Translations under genes and position numbers: made by a program
Shown: in pieces, positions 36,886-46,913 of the stretch
How positions within the stretch are numbered: position 1 is the first letter of the stretch
Layout: each line of letters begins with the position of its first letter
Notes under the pieces: model-generated
What the model saw: the letters and a program-made list of their open reading frames with translations, nothing else
What the model was told of the DNA's origin: nothing
Database searches by the model: none
IMG/VR virus record: IMGVR_UViG_3300035698_019136
Coordinates: 35,573-99,572 of that record
Strand: one strand, 5' to 3'
DNA: 64,000 nucleotides
Source: a virus
Taxonomy: Duplodnaviria > Heunggongvirae > Uroviricota > Caudoviricetes

Positions 36886-37821
36886 ATGAAAATAGCATTC
36901 CATTCAAATCAATTATGTGAACGTGGGACAGAAGTAGCTATGTATGATTATGCTAAATATAATGAAGAAATATTAGGTAATGAGTCTATTATTATTTCCA
37001 ATTACAATAAGGATTTAAAGGCTTTTTCTAAATTTAAAGAAAGATTTACAGAAGTTTGGGGTTATATTGATTTTAGTCTTGTTGAAAAAATGATAAAAAA
37101 AGAAAAGGTTGATATATTTTATGCTATTAAAAGAGGACGTAAGGATGGAATAGGGATTATGTGTTGCAAGACTGTAATTCATTGCGTATTTGAAATTACA
37201 GAACCTCATGGGGATGTTTATGCTGCTGTTGGGGATCAGTTATCACAAGGGAAGGTCCCCGTAGTTCCCCATATGGTAGATATTCCATTCCATAATAAGA
37301 ATATGAGAAGAAAACTAAAAATTCCAAAAGATGCTGTAGTATTTGGAAGACATGGGGGAATAGGGGATTTTAATATAGACTTTGTGAAAGATGAAATAAA
37401 AAACATACTTAGTAAACGAAAGGATGTATATTTTTTATTTTTAAATACAAGAGAATTCTTTAATCATGATAGAATAATATATCTTCCTTTTATTTTAGAC
37501 TTGAGTGAAAAAGTTAAATTTATTAATACCTGTGATGCAATGATTCATGCAAAACATAGGGGGGAGACTTTTGGATTAACAGTAGGTGAATTTTCTGTTA
37601 GAAATAAACCTGTTATTACTTGGGGTGGATCAAGAGAAATTGAACATTTAAATTTATTAGGAGAAAAAGCTATTGTTTATTCCAATGCTTCTCAATTATA
37701 TAAAATTTTTATGGATTTTGATAGAAATTGGAGCAGTAAGCAGAATTGGGATGTATACAGTAAAAAATATAATTCTAACAAAGTAATGGAAATATTTAAG
37801 AGAGTATTTATAGATGAGTGA
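36886..37821 (+). CDS. putative GT-B glycosyltransferase
   Basis: C-terminal HRGETFGLTVGEFSVRNKPVI is E-x7-E-like. Confidence 0.4.
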   Translation: MKIAFHSNQLCERGTEVAMYDYAKYNEEILGNESIIISNYNKDLKAFSKFKERFTEVWGYIDFSLVEKMIKKEKVDIFYAIKRGRKDGIGIMCCKTVIHCVFEITEPHGDVYAAVGDQLSQGKVPVVPHMVDIPFHNKNMRRKLKIPKDAVVFGRHGGIGDFNIDFVKDEIKNILSKRKDVYFLFLNTREFFNHDRIIYLPFILDLSEKVKFINTCDAMIHAKHRGETFGLTVGEFSVRNKPVITWGGSREIEHLNLLGEKAIVYSNASQLYKIFMDFDRNWSSKQNWDVYSKKYNSNKVMEIFKRVFIDE

Positions 37822-38512
37822 GAATGAAGAGGAATTAAGGGATATAAGTTTTATAATTGGAGATCTTTTAGCAAGTGATAAGAAAATTTTAATGCTAGTA
37901 GCTCATCCAGATGATGAAGTATTATTTGGAGGGGGGATACTTTTAACTTATGCTCAAGGGAAGAGTAATTGGATTGTTACTAGTTGTTGTGTACCATTTT
38001 ATCCTGAATCTTATAATTGGGATAGTAAGTTAAATAAATATAGACATTTTGAAGAGATATGTAAAAAGTTGGGTGTAAGCTGGAAATGTTTAGGTATTCC
38101 CCATGCTAAATTTTCTGGGGATGAGATATTATGGGAAAGTATTCAAAATATGCTAATACGAAATCAAATACATGGTGCATACACAGGAATTTTGTACTAT
38201 TTAAATAAGCTTTCACCGGATGTAATTATAACCCATAATATGTATGGGGAATATCGAAACCCAGTTCATTCTTTAGTAAATGCTGTAGTTAGAATGTATA
38301 AAGGGATTTTAGCTCCAGAAACAGTTATTTTGTCTTTTGCTGCTCATAAAGAAGATATTGCTTCTAATCCCCATTTTGTATTAGAACTTGATGAAAATAT
38401 TTATAATAAGAAAATAGAATTACTAAGTATGTACAAAGGGAAGGGAAACACTTTAAAGAAATATGGGATTGCTCATTGTAAAAAGGAGGCTCTTTGGTTT
38501 GAAGATTATTAA
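37814..38512 (+). CDS. PIG-L/LmbE-family N-acetylglucosaminyl deacetylase
   Basis: Hallmark VAHPDDEVLFGGG motif. Confidence 0.7.
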   Translation: MSENEEELRDISFIIGDLLASDKKILMLVAHPDDEVLFGGGILLTYAQGKSNWIVTSCCVPFYPESYNWDSKLNKYRHFEEICKKLGVSWKCLGIPHAKFSGDEILWESIQNMLIRNQIHGAYTGILYYLNKLSPDVIITHNMYGEYRNPVHSLVNAVVRMYKGILAPETVILSFAAHKEDIASNPHFVLELDENIYNKKIELLSMYKGKGNTLKKYGIAHCKKEALWFEDY

Positions 38513-38528
38513 AGCTCCTATACAGAAA

Positions 38529-39407
38529 ATGAAAGAAGATTGGGAAGAGCTAATAAATAAGGCTGCTAGTAAAAATCCATTTGTTGATTACCCCTGGCTC
38601 AGTGTCATTACTTTACATCCTGATGTTCATCAATCTTATGTATGGATAGGATATATTGACAAAGAACCTGCAATGGGATTTCCTATATCAATTTCTAAAT
38701 ATAAAGGTGATTATTCGGATATCTTAATGGAAGAAGGGTTAGATGCAGATTTAGCATATAAATTAGGTTGTATAATATTAAAAGAGGAAATAGCAACAGA
38801 TTTCCCACAAGGAAGCTTTTTTAAATATGATTCTCATTTTGTATCTATTAACAAATCTATGTTTACTTTAAATACCAATAAAGGGACTTGGGATATTAAA
38901 TTACCTAAATCTTTTGAAGAATATATGAGCAGATTTAAAGGGAAAAAAAGATATAATATGAAAAGAGAATTCAAACAGCTTGAAGATAATCATAAAGTAG
39001 AAATTATTCCTAAAGCAGATTTAAAGTATATGGATTGGTTTTTTAAATTACATGAAGCTAGATGGGGGAGAAGATGGTCTACAGGAGCAATGAGATTTTT
39101 TTTAGAAGAATATGCAAAAGCTTTGGGGGATAAATTATGGTTAGGTATGATGAAAATAGATGATGTCCCAGCTTGTATGATTTTTTGCATGGAATGTGAG
39201 AATAAACTATATGCGAGTATAAGTGGATATGATGAGAAGTATGGAAAATATAGTATTGGGATAAAGACTCATCTTGGAATAATAGAATCAGCTATTTCTC
39301 AAGGAATTACAGAATATGATTTAATGAAAGGGGATACTTCCTATAAGAAGACATTAGGAGGAATAAAAAGGGAAAGATATTATTGGAAGAGAGATGTATA
39401 TGCCTAA
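38529..39407 (+). CDS. CelD/BioF2-like GNAT-fold acetyltransferase (Acetyltransf_6-type)
   Basis: LHEARW...ISGYDEKY...YDLMKGDTSYKKTLGG. The six-frame ORF begins at 38463 and overlaps the previous gene. Confidence 0.55.
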   Translation: MKEDWEELINKAASKNPFVDYPWLSVITLHPDVHQSYVWIGYIDKEPAMGFPISISKYKGDYSDILMEEGLDADLAYKLGCIILKEEIATDFPQGSFFKYDSHFVSINKSMFTLNTNKGTWDIKLPKSFEEYMSRFKGKKRYNMKREFKQLEDNHKVEIIPKADLKYMDWFFKLHEARWGRRWSTGAMRFFLEEYAKALGDKLWLGMMKIDDVPACMIFCMECENKLYASISGYDEKYGKYSIGIKTHLGIIESAISQGITEYDLMKGDTSYKKTLGGIKRERYYWKRDVYA

Positions 39408-40056
39408 AATGGATTTAACTCAAGAAGAAGTAAAGAAAATGAAAGAAACTTATTCCCAAATAGAAGAAGTAAGGGGCAGAGAATGGGAAATTAAGAATGA
39501 GGGAATAATTAGATCAGCAATAAACCAGATTGCTTTTGCTGTTTTTCCTATGCTAGATAAAGTTGGGCCATACAAATCTGTATTAGATTTAGGATGTGGT
39601 TCAGGCACATTTTTTAAAACTTATTTTTCTATAGCATCAAAGAAGGTATTCAAACAGGGAGTAGATATGTGTGAAATGGTAATAAATAAAGATAGAAAAG
39701 AACTCCCTAATTGTGTTTTTATTTCTGATGATATTCCCCATTATATAGAATTAGAAAGTTCTGATAGTTTTGATTTAGTTACAGCTTTTGGAGTAATTCA
39801 GCATATACCAAAAGAAGAAGTTCGCTCAAAGATATATAAAGAAATGTTTAGAGTAAGTAATAAATATGTTTGTGTAGCTAATTATAGGGGATGGAAAAGC
39901 AAGGATAAGTTTTTTAAATCAAGTAAGAGTGGGGAGAGATTATTTGCATCTGAGCAAACAAAGATAGATTTTATTGAGAATTTAGAAACATATGGCAAAT
40001 TAATCAGTTATATTAGTATTTATGGAATTAATGTAGCTTTAATGGAAAAAAAATGA
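39394..40056 (+). CDS. class I SAM-dependent methyltransferase
   Basis: Motif I VLDLGCGSGTF, plus a post-I acidic residue and a motif II-like DLV. Confidence 0.65.
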   Translation: MYMPKMDLTQEEVKKMKETYSQIEEVRGREWEIKNEGIIRSAINQIAFAVFPMLDKVGPYKSVLDLGCGSGTFFKTYFSIASKKVFKQGVDMCEMVINKDRKELPNCVFISDDIPHYIELESSDSFDLVTAFGVIQHIPKEEVRSKIYKEMFRVSNKYVCVANYRGWKSKDKFFKSSKSGERLFASEQTKIDFIENLETYGKLISYISIYGINVALMEKK

Positions 40057-41342
40057 AAAAAATAGTATTAATAATTCCCCCATCTCCGTGGTTAATATCA
40101 GATACAGATTTTCCCATGCTTGGGATATTATATATTTCGGCAAATCTTAAACATAATGGGATTGAAGTAGATGTATGTGATTTAGCAGGTATCCCAGAAT
40201 CTAATTGGAGAATACCAGTTGGGGATGTATATGGTATAACAGGAACTTTCCCTAATTTCCCTTGTATGAAAAGCATAGCGGAGCATCTAAAGAAAAGAGA
40301 TAATAAAGCGTTTGTTATAGTTGGGGGGGTTCATGCTACAACCTTCCCAGAGCATATTATGAAATATTCTTGTTTTGATGCTTGTATAAGGGGCGAGGGG
40401 GAAGATTCTTTATTAGATTTTATGTGGGATTTTCCTTTTGATATGATTGGAGGACTTGTGTATAGAAAAGATGGGGAAATTATATACTCTTTGGATGATA
40501 ATAGAATTGAAGATATAAATTACCTTCCATTTCCTGATAGAAAAGCATTAGATTTTTATAAGTATATACCTGAAGATATATTCAGTTATTTGATGGGGGA
40601 ATGCAGATCAGCAACACTTATTACTTCTAGAGGATGTCCATTTGATTGTGCTTTTTGTGCTTCATGCAAAATTTGGAAAAGAGAGGTATCTTATTTTGAT
40701 ATTGATTATATTATGGAAGAAATTAAGTATTTGAAAAAAAAATACGGAATTAAATTATTCCATATTGTTGATGATTCTTTTGTTTTAAATAAAAATAGAG
40801 TATTAGAATTTTGCAGCAAGATAGCTGATTTGGGAGTTTATTGGGATTGTTTGAACAGGGTGGATTTAGTACAAGAAGATGTAATAAAAGCTATGAAAGA
40901 AGCTGGGTGTATTCAAATGACATTTGGATTTGAATCTGGGTCAAATAAAATATTAGAGAAAATGAATAAAAAAGCAAATATAGAAGATGCTTTTTCAGCA
41001 ATAGATATTGTAAATAGACAAGAAATGAAAATTAGAGGTCAGATGATTTTAGGTTTCCCAGGTGAAACAGAACAAACAGTAAATGAAACAATAGATTTTA
41101 TTCAAAAAGCTAAAGAAGTAACAAAGTTTGGGTTACATATATTTCAACCTTACCCAGGATGTGATGTTTGGAATAACCCAGAAAAGTATAATTGGAAAAT
41201 AGATAAAGAAAATATAAATTTTGATTTGTTTCACACTATAGGAAAACCTGGGGCTAAATTAACTGATAATATTAAATTAGAGGGGTGGTACAATAAAGTT
41301 AAAGAAGTTATCAAAAACAGAAGTATAGATTGGAGGAGATAA
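40053..41342 (+). CDS. B12-binding domain radical SAM enzyme
   Basis: N-terminal B12-binding-like region (KIVLIIPPSPW...VIVGGVHAT), then LITSRGCPFDCAFCAS (CxxxCxxC). Confidence 0.8.
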   Translation: MKKIVLIIPPSPWLISDTDFPMLGILYISANLKHNGIEVDVCDLAGIPESNWRIPVGDVYGITGTFPNFPCMKSIAEHLKKRDNKAFVIVGGVHATTFPEHIMKYSCFDACIRGEGEDSLLDFMWDFPFDMIGGLVYRKDGEIIYSLDDNRIEDINYLPFPDRKALDFYKYIPEDIFSYLMGECRSATLITSRGCPFDCAFCASCKIWKREVSYFDIDYIMEEIKYLKKKYGIKLFHIVDDSFVLNKNRVLEFCSKIADLGVYWDCLNRVDLVQEDVIKAMKEAGCIQMTFGFESGSNKILEKMNKKANIEDAFSAIDIVNRQEMKIRGQMILGFPGETEQTVNETIDFIQKAKEVTKFGLHIFQPYPGCDVWNNPEKYNWKIDKENINFDLFHTIGKPGAKLTDNIKLEGWYNKVKEVIKNRSIDWRR

Positions 41343-42238
41343 TGAAAAAGGCTTATTTTTATGTTAATAAAGGATACAAAACTAATACCTCAAGTTCTCA
41401 CCCTATTAGTTTTATAGGAGAAGGGTTAAAAAAACATTCTCCTTATTTTGATATATTTTATGGGGCAAAAATATTAAGCGATGAAGATATTAGGGAAATA
41501 GAACAAAAAGCTTTTGTTTTTATATCATATCAGGGAAATCAGATTCAACAATTAGAAGGGAAAGTAAAGGCTGTTAATTTTATAACTACTGTGGAAGAGT
41601 GCAGTAAGAAATATTATAAAAATACTTCTGTGCCATCTATTAATATGTCAAGGTATTCAGCTAATTGGTATAAAAAGGTATATGGCAGAGATGGGGAATT
41701 GTTGCGAATAGGGGTAGACACAGAGATCTTTCCATATAAAGAAAAGGTGGCAAAAAGAAAACCAAAATTTGGTATGGTATATAATATGGGTGTTGCCCAT
41801 AGAAAAGGAACAGGTATTATTGTAGAGCTAATAAAAAAAGGTATAAATATAGTAGCTGCTGTTGGGGATATAACAGGGAAGAGTGCATTTTCTCATGATC
41901 GTCTTTATAATTATTATCAAGGTATAGATTGTTTAATCATTAATGCACCAGATAATAAAGGAAGGGAAACTGGAAGTGCATGTGGAATAGAGGCTGGATC
42001 TTGTGGAACTACTGTTATAACTACCCCTGTGGGATTAGGAGAAGAAGCAATAGAAAATGGTAAAACAGGATTTATAATTAAAAACAATCAGGAAATAATA
42101 GATATTTGTACTAGGTATGAGGACAATGAAGAGCTTATAGTTATGGGGAAAAAATATTCTGAACATATCAGAAAAGAATGTAGTTGGAAGAACAGAATAA
42201 AAGATTGGGATAATTTTGTATTGGAGTACAAGGAATAA
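41342..42238 (+). CDS. putative GT-B glycosyltransferase (C-terminal domain)
   Basis: CGIEAGSCGTTVITTPVGLGEEAIENGKTGFI resembles a GT4 C-terminus. The six-frame ORF begins at 41330. Confidence 0.4.
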   Translation: MKKAYFYVNKGYKTNTSSSHPISFIGEGLKKHSPYFDIFYGAKILSDEDIREIEQKAFVFISYQGNQIQQLEGKVKAVNFITTVEECSKKYYKNTSVPSINMSRYSANWYKKVYGRDGELLRIGVDTEIFPYKEKVAKRKPKFGMVYNMGVAHRKGTGIIVELIKKGINIVAAVGDITGKSAFSHDRLYNYYQGIDCLIINAPDNKGRETGSACGIEAGSCGTTVITTPVGLGEEAIENGKTGFIIKNNQEIIDICTRYEDNEELIVMGKKYSEHIRKECSWKNRIKDWDNFVLEYKE

Positions 42239-43455
42239 TGAAAATATTATTAGTGAATCCTCCTTTTAGTAGATTTTTTGGATTAGAACAAGACTATGTT
42301 CCATTGTCCCTTTTAGCTGTAGGGTCAGCATTAAGTGCAGATGGATATGATGTAGTTGTTAAAAATTTAGAAGTTGACCCAAAATCAGGATATCGTGGGT
42401 ATAGTAGTAGAATCAAGGATTATAATAATTACATAGATGGGGTTTATAATGATGACCATCCTATCTGGAAAGAATTTAGGGAAGTTCTTCAGAAAGAAGC
42501 TCCAGATAAAGTGGGGATTTCAATCTTAAATGTCAAATACAAATCAGCTAAGAAATTGATATCTATCGTAAATGAATTTGGTATAAAGATTATGGTTGGA
42601 GGGTTTCATCCCACCCTGAATGAATTTATATATGGCGAAGAAATAGAAATTAATAAGGGGGAATTTGAGTGGGAATCAGGAAGAATTCAAAATTTAGATA
42701 GTTTATCATTCCCGGATTATGATATTTTAATTGATAAATATTCTCCAAATGGCTATGCCCATTTAGTTACTTCTAGGGGATGCGCTTTTAATTGTAGATT
42801 TTGTGCTTCGAGTGCGATGTGGGGAAGAAAAGTTACATTTAAATCGGTTGATAGAATATTAGAAGAAATGAGAGATATTGAGAATAGGTTCCATAGTGAT
42901 TATTTTACTTTTTGGGATGAGACATTCACAGTTAATAGAAAACGTATTTTAGAATTTTGTTCAAGATATAATCTATCAGCTGATTGGAGCTGTGAAACAA
43001 GAGCTGATTCTATAGATTCTGAATTAGTAAAAGCTATGAAAGATTCTGGGTGTGTTCAAATGGGAGTGGGAATTGAATCTGGAGTAGATAGAATATTAGA
43101 TTATATAGAAAAAGGAGAGTCGATAAAACAATTTGAACAAGCCTCTATAATTTTAAATAATAGGAAAATGAATTGGAAGGCATATTTTATTGCTGGATTC
43201 CCAGAAGAAACGGAGGAAGATATTTTGACTTCTTTAAATTTTATCAAATCATTATCACCAACTAAGATAGTGTTAAGCATATTTACTCCATATCAAGGAA
43301 CTTCTTTATTTGAAGAATGCTGTATAGATGAGGATGAAATTAGATATTCTCATCAAAGTCCTTACAATTATTTCTCAAAAAAGATAGAAAGAAATAGATT
43401 TAAAGAATTGATATCAAGTATTTCAAAGGAGATAGATATTTATAATGGAAATTGA
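42238..43455 (+). CDS. B12-binding domain radical SAM enzyme (second copy)
   Basis: MKILLVNPPF...MVGGFHPT then LVTSRGCAFNCRFCAS. Paralogous architecture to 40053. Confidence 0.8.
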   Translation: MKILLVNPPFSRFFGLEQDYVPLSLLAVGSALSADGYDVVVKNLEVDPKSGYRGYSSRIKDYNNYIDGVYNDDHPIWKEFREVLQKEAPDKVGISILNVKYKSAKKLISIVNEFGIKIMVGGFHPTLNEFIYGEEIEINKGEFEWESGRIQNLDSLSFPDYDILIDKYSPNGYAHLVTSRGCAFNCRFCASSAMWGRKVTFKSVDRILEEMRDIENRFHSDYFTFWDETFTVNRKRILEFCSRYNLSADWSCETRADSIDSELVKAMKDSGCVQMGVGIESGVDRILDYIEKGESIKQFEQASIILNNRKMNWKAYFIAGFPEETEEDILTSLNFIKSLSPTKIVLSIFTPYQGTSLFEECCIDEDEIRYSHQSPYNYFSKKIERNRFKELISSISKEIDIYNGN

Positions 43456-44446
43456 TTATTTAGTAGTTGGGGCTGGAATAACAGGATGTACGGTAGCAAG
43501 GGCAATAGCAGATACTCTAGGGGATGTTCTTATTGTAGATCAAAGGGATCACATAGGGGGGAATTGCTATGATTACTATAATAATGATGGAATATTAGTT
43601 CATAAATATGGGGTTCATTTGTTTCATACTGACAATAAAAAAGTATGGGATTTTTTAAGTAGATTTACTGATTGGAATTTTTATCAGCATAAAGCTGTGA
43701 GTTATGCTGAGGGAAAGTTATGGCCGTTTCCTCCCACTAAATCAGTTCTTCAAGAATTAGGGGGGGAAGCCTATGCGGAACTTACTTTTTATCATGGATA
43801 CAATAAAAAGATGTGGAATAAAAGATTTCAAGATATTCCAGTATCTATAAAAAATAGAGCTAAAATGAAATATAATGAGGATGAAAGATATTTTAATAAT
43901 AAATATCAAGGTCTTCCTCTTTATGGGTATACAAAGATGTTTAATAAGATGTTATCATTTAAAGGTATAAGATGGCTTTTAAATACGGATTACAGGGATG
44001 TATGGGGTTTGTTTAATAAAGCAAAGAAGGTGATATGGACAGGGGGAATAGATGATTTATGTGGTTATATATATGGGAAACTTCCCTATCGTTCATTAAT
44101 ATTTAAACATAGAACATATGATAAAGAGTTTCATCAAGAAGCATTGGCTATAAGTTACCCAAATGATAATGAATTTATACGAACAATAGAAATAAAGCAT
44201 GGTACAGGTCAACGCCACCATAAGACTACAGTGATTTATGAATATCCTACAAATATTGGAATTCCATTATATCCAGATATAACAAATAGAAAGGGTTTGG
44301 AATTGTATGATAAATATAAAAACCGAGTACTTGAGATTTGGGGGGATAAGATAATTTTGTTAGGTAGATTAGCAGAATATAAATATATTAATATGGATAC
44401 AGCAGTAGAAAATGCTTTAAATTCTATAGAAAAAGAGGTTTCATAA
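43445..44446 (+). CDS. glf: UDP-galactopyranose mutase
   Basis: DYLVVGAGITGC FAD motif, VLIVDQRDHIGGNCYD and GILVHKYGVHLFHT are all near-consensus UGM blocks. Confidence 0.85.
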   Translation: MEIDYLVVGAGITGCTVARAIADTLGDVLIVDQRDHIGGNCYDYYNNDGILVHKYGVHLFHTDNKKVWDFLSRFTDWNFYQHKAVSYAEGKLWPFPPTKSVLQELGGEAYAELTFYHGYNKKMWNKRFQDIPVSIKNRAKMKYNEDERYFNNKYQGLPLYGYTKMFNKMLSFKGIRWLLNTDYRDVWGLFNKAKKVIWTGGIDDLCGYIYGKLPYRSLIFKHRTYDKEFHQEALAISYPNDNEFIRTIEIKHGTGQRHHKTTVIYEYPTNIGIPLYPDITNRKGLELYDKYKNRVLEIWGDKIILLGRLAEYKYINMDTAVENALNSIEKEVS

Positions 44447-44448
44447 AG

Positions 44449-45138
44449 ATGGATATTAATGCCTCTATGATATTAGAGAAGTTTAATTCTGATAAATGGC
44501 AATTTAGAACTTTGAGCTTATTGGGAGCAATCAGAGATTGTTATGGGACTAATTTTGAAGGGGTCAAGGTATTAGAGGTTGGGTGTGGATTAAATTTTAT
44601 TGGTTGGGAGCTATTTAAACAGGGTGCTGATGTTGTTTTTTCTGATGCTAGAGAAGAGTACCTTAAAATAATAAAACTTAGATGTGATAAAGCAAAAACA
44701 ATTAGAGCTGATTTGGATAAAGGATTTAATTTTGGTCCAGAATTTGATCTAATTCTACATATAGGCACTTTGTATCATTTAAAGAATCCTGCTAAGGCTT
44801 TAAATGAAGTGTGTGAGTCTATGAAAAGTGGAGCACATTTATTTTTGGAAACTGAGTGGTGCAATTCGATGGATGAGACTTTGTTTGTTTGCAGAATAGA
44901 AGAAGGATGTAACAAGGCATATAATAATGTAGGATGTAGACCTTCTTATGCTATGGTGGAGTCTATTTTGAAAAAGAATAATATGAAATTTATAAGAATA
45001 GCAGATGAAAAATATAATTATTGCGATATGATTCATAATAACAATCCTGAAAAGTTAGGGCCAGATGAAAATGGTATGACTACTATAAAAATTTCAAATG
45101 ATAGGTATAGGGGGATTTGGTATGGGAAAAAACTTTAA
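44449..45138 (+). CDS. SAM-dependent methyltransferase candidate
   Basis: VLEVGCGLNFIG motif I-like, with DLILHIG downstream. Confidence 0.45.
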   Translation: MDINASMILEKFNSDKWQFRTLSLLGAIRDCYGTNFEGVKVLEVGCGLNFIGWELFKQGADVVFSDAREEYLKIIKLRCDKAKTIRADLDKGFNFGPEFDLILHIGTLYHLKNPAKALNEVCESMKSGAHLFLETEWCNSMDETLFVCRIEEGCNKAYNNVGCRPSYAMVESILKKNNMKFIRIADEKYNYCDMIHNNNPEKLGPDENGMTTIKISNDRYRGIWYGKKL

Positions 45139-45688
45139 AAGAGGACTTCTAGTAGTAAGAAATAATGGATTGCAACATCTTCAAAAAGTAATAGATAGAA
45201 TATTAGTAATAGAAAGTTTGACTATTAGTACTATTCTTCAGATTAAATGGAAAGAAGAAGATGTAGACCAGAATGTAAGAGGCTTATATGGACATATAGG
45301 GGATGAAATTATTATACAGAAGATTATAGATATGCAAGGGGTATGTATGGTAGCTATTATACTTTTAGATTCTAAACCTGACCCTTATCGACATTCATGC
45401 AGTATTTGTGGAAAGAAAACAGGGGAGGAACGATTAGATAATATGAATGTAAATAGAATCAAAGATGATATGAGAGTTCAGTATGGAAATATTATTCATT
45501 CTGCTGATACAGAAGAAAAGGCTTTGGAAGAAATAATTAAATTTGGTGGGGGACATTCAATGATGCTTGCTGAAATGAAACCTAAATTTGGAACATTTTT
45601 GAATACAACTTTTAGTTGTGACGGAATATTAGAACAATTAAATACTATGGAAAGTGGGGCGAAAGTATGGATACCACCAAACAAATAA
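45122..45688 (+). CDS. hypothetical protein
   Basis: ORF. ATG at 45122 follows GGGGGA. The six-frame ORF begins at 45098. Confidence 0.3.
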   Translation: MGKNFKRGLLVVRNNGLQHLQKVIDRILVIESLTISTILQIKWKEEDVDQNVRGLYGHIGDEIIIQKIIDMQGVCMVAIILLDSKPDPYRHSCSICGKKTGEERLDNMNVNRIKDDMRVQYGNIIHSADTEEKALEEIIKFGGGHSMMLAEMKPKFGTFLNTTFSCDGILEQLNTMESGAKVWIPPNK

Positions 45689-46326
45689 TAAACAGTTCTC
45701 GATATATTAATCAGGAAGTAATTCCTGGGAATGGGCATTCACCTTATACTGGATATACTGTATTCAGAGCTTACGATAAAGAAGAAGGGAAACAAGTTGT
45801 AATAAAAAGTGGAGGCTCTCCTAATACAGAGCATAGAAGTATAATGTCTGAGTATGAGATTCTTCGCAGGATTAATTATCCAGGAATAATTAAGGTAATA
45901 GGTTTTGGGTTTGATAGGCACACCAGTTATTTTATAATGGAGAATCATGAATTAGGAGGAAGGCGGAGTAGATGGAGAGAATTATTTAAAGAAATGTCAG
46001 AAGAAGAACTTCGTCAATTTTGCATGATTATGATAAAAACATTAGATAAACTTCGGGAAATAGATATGATCAATGAAGATGTGGAGTTAGCTAACATCGT
46101 AGCAAGTAAAGTTGATAGACCAGTACTCATAGATTTTGGAAGAGCTAAATACAAAGAGTATACTAGAATGGAATTATTGACAGCATTACATCCAGATAAT
46201 AATACAAGAATAAATGCTTGGGTTAGGGAGCTTTGTGGTATAGGGGGTAAATATGCAGAAGAAGGTGTTATACATAAAAAGGTTGATGGGATAATGCGAT
46301 TTTTATTACGGGAATGGAGAAATTAA
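45667..46326 (+). CDS. protein-kinase-fold protein (Kdo/WaaP/RIO-like small kinase candidate)
   Basis: VVIKSGG (VAIK-like Lys), NEDVELANIV (catalytic-loop-like) and LIDFGRA (DFG) in the canonical order. Confidence 0.5.
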   Translation: MDTTKQIINSSRYINQEVIPGNGHSPYTGYTVFRAYDKEEGKQVVIKSGGSPNTEHRSIMSEYEILRRINYPGIIKVIGFGFDRHTSYFIMENHELGGRRSRWRELFKEMSEEELRQFCMIMIKTLDKLREIDMINEDVELANIVASKVDRPVLIDFGRAKYKEYTRMELLTALHPDNNTRINAWVRELCGIGGKYAEEGVIHKKVDGIMRFLLREWRN

Positions 46327-46913
46327 TGGATAAAGAACATTCAGAAGAAATTTATAATATGATAGGGGTTAAACCTCCTATTGAAATGCATGGGTGTATA
46401 AAACCAGATGAAGGGCTATTATTGTATGATGTTATACTTAATTTTCAACCTGAATATATTATAGAAACAGGCAGTGGGGTCTCCACATTTTTTATTCTGA
46501 AGGCTTTGCAAATATTAGGTAAAGGGTCTTTGGTTTCTATAGATAAATTTATATTTGGTAAGCAACCATATTATCAGGATGGGGATTATAGTAATAGAGA
46601 AAAATGGATATTGCCTATTATAAAAGATAAATTTAGCGATGTAGATTGGACTTTTATAGCTAATAAAGATTCAGCAGAGTATTTAGAAGCTAATTCTGAT
46701 TTACCTGTAGATTTATTTTTCCATGATTCCTGCCATGAATTAGTTCATATAAGAAGAGAATGGTTGACAGTAAAAGATAAAACAAGAATATTTGTAGCTC
46801 ATAATTCAAATGGGAAAAAATGCTCCTCATTTTATTTTGGGGAAGAATTCACAAAAGAATTTAATTTACTAGGAGGGAAAGGAACATTAGGAGTATGGGA
46901 AAAAAAACATTAA
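46314..46913 (+). CDS. class I methyltransferase-like protein (CmcI/Methyltransf_24-like)
   Basis: IIETGSGVSTFFIL motif. Confidence 0.4.
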   Translation: MEKLMDKEHSEEIYNMIGVKPPIEMHGCIKPDEGLLLYDVILNFQPEYIIETGSGVSTFFILKALQILGKGSLVSIDKFIFGKQPYYQDGDYSNREKWILPIIKDKFSDVDWTFIANKDSAEYLEANSDLPVDLFFHDSCHELVHIRREWLTVKDKTRIFVAHNSNGKKCSSFYFGEEFTKEFNLLGGKGTLGVWEKKH

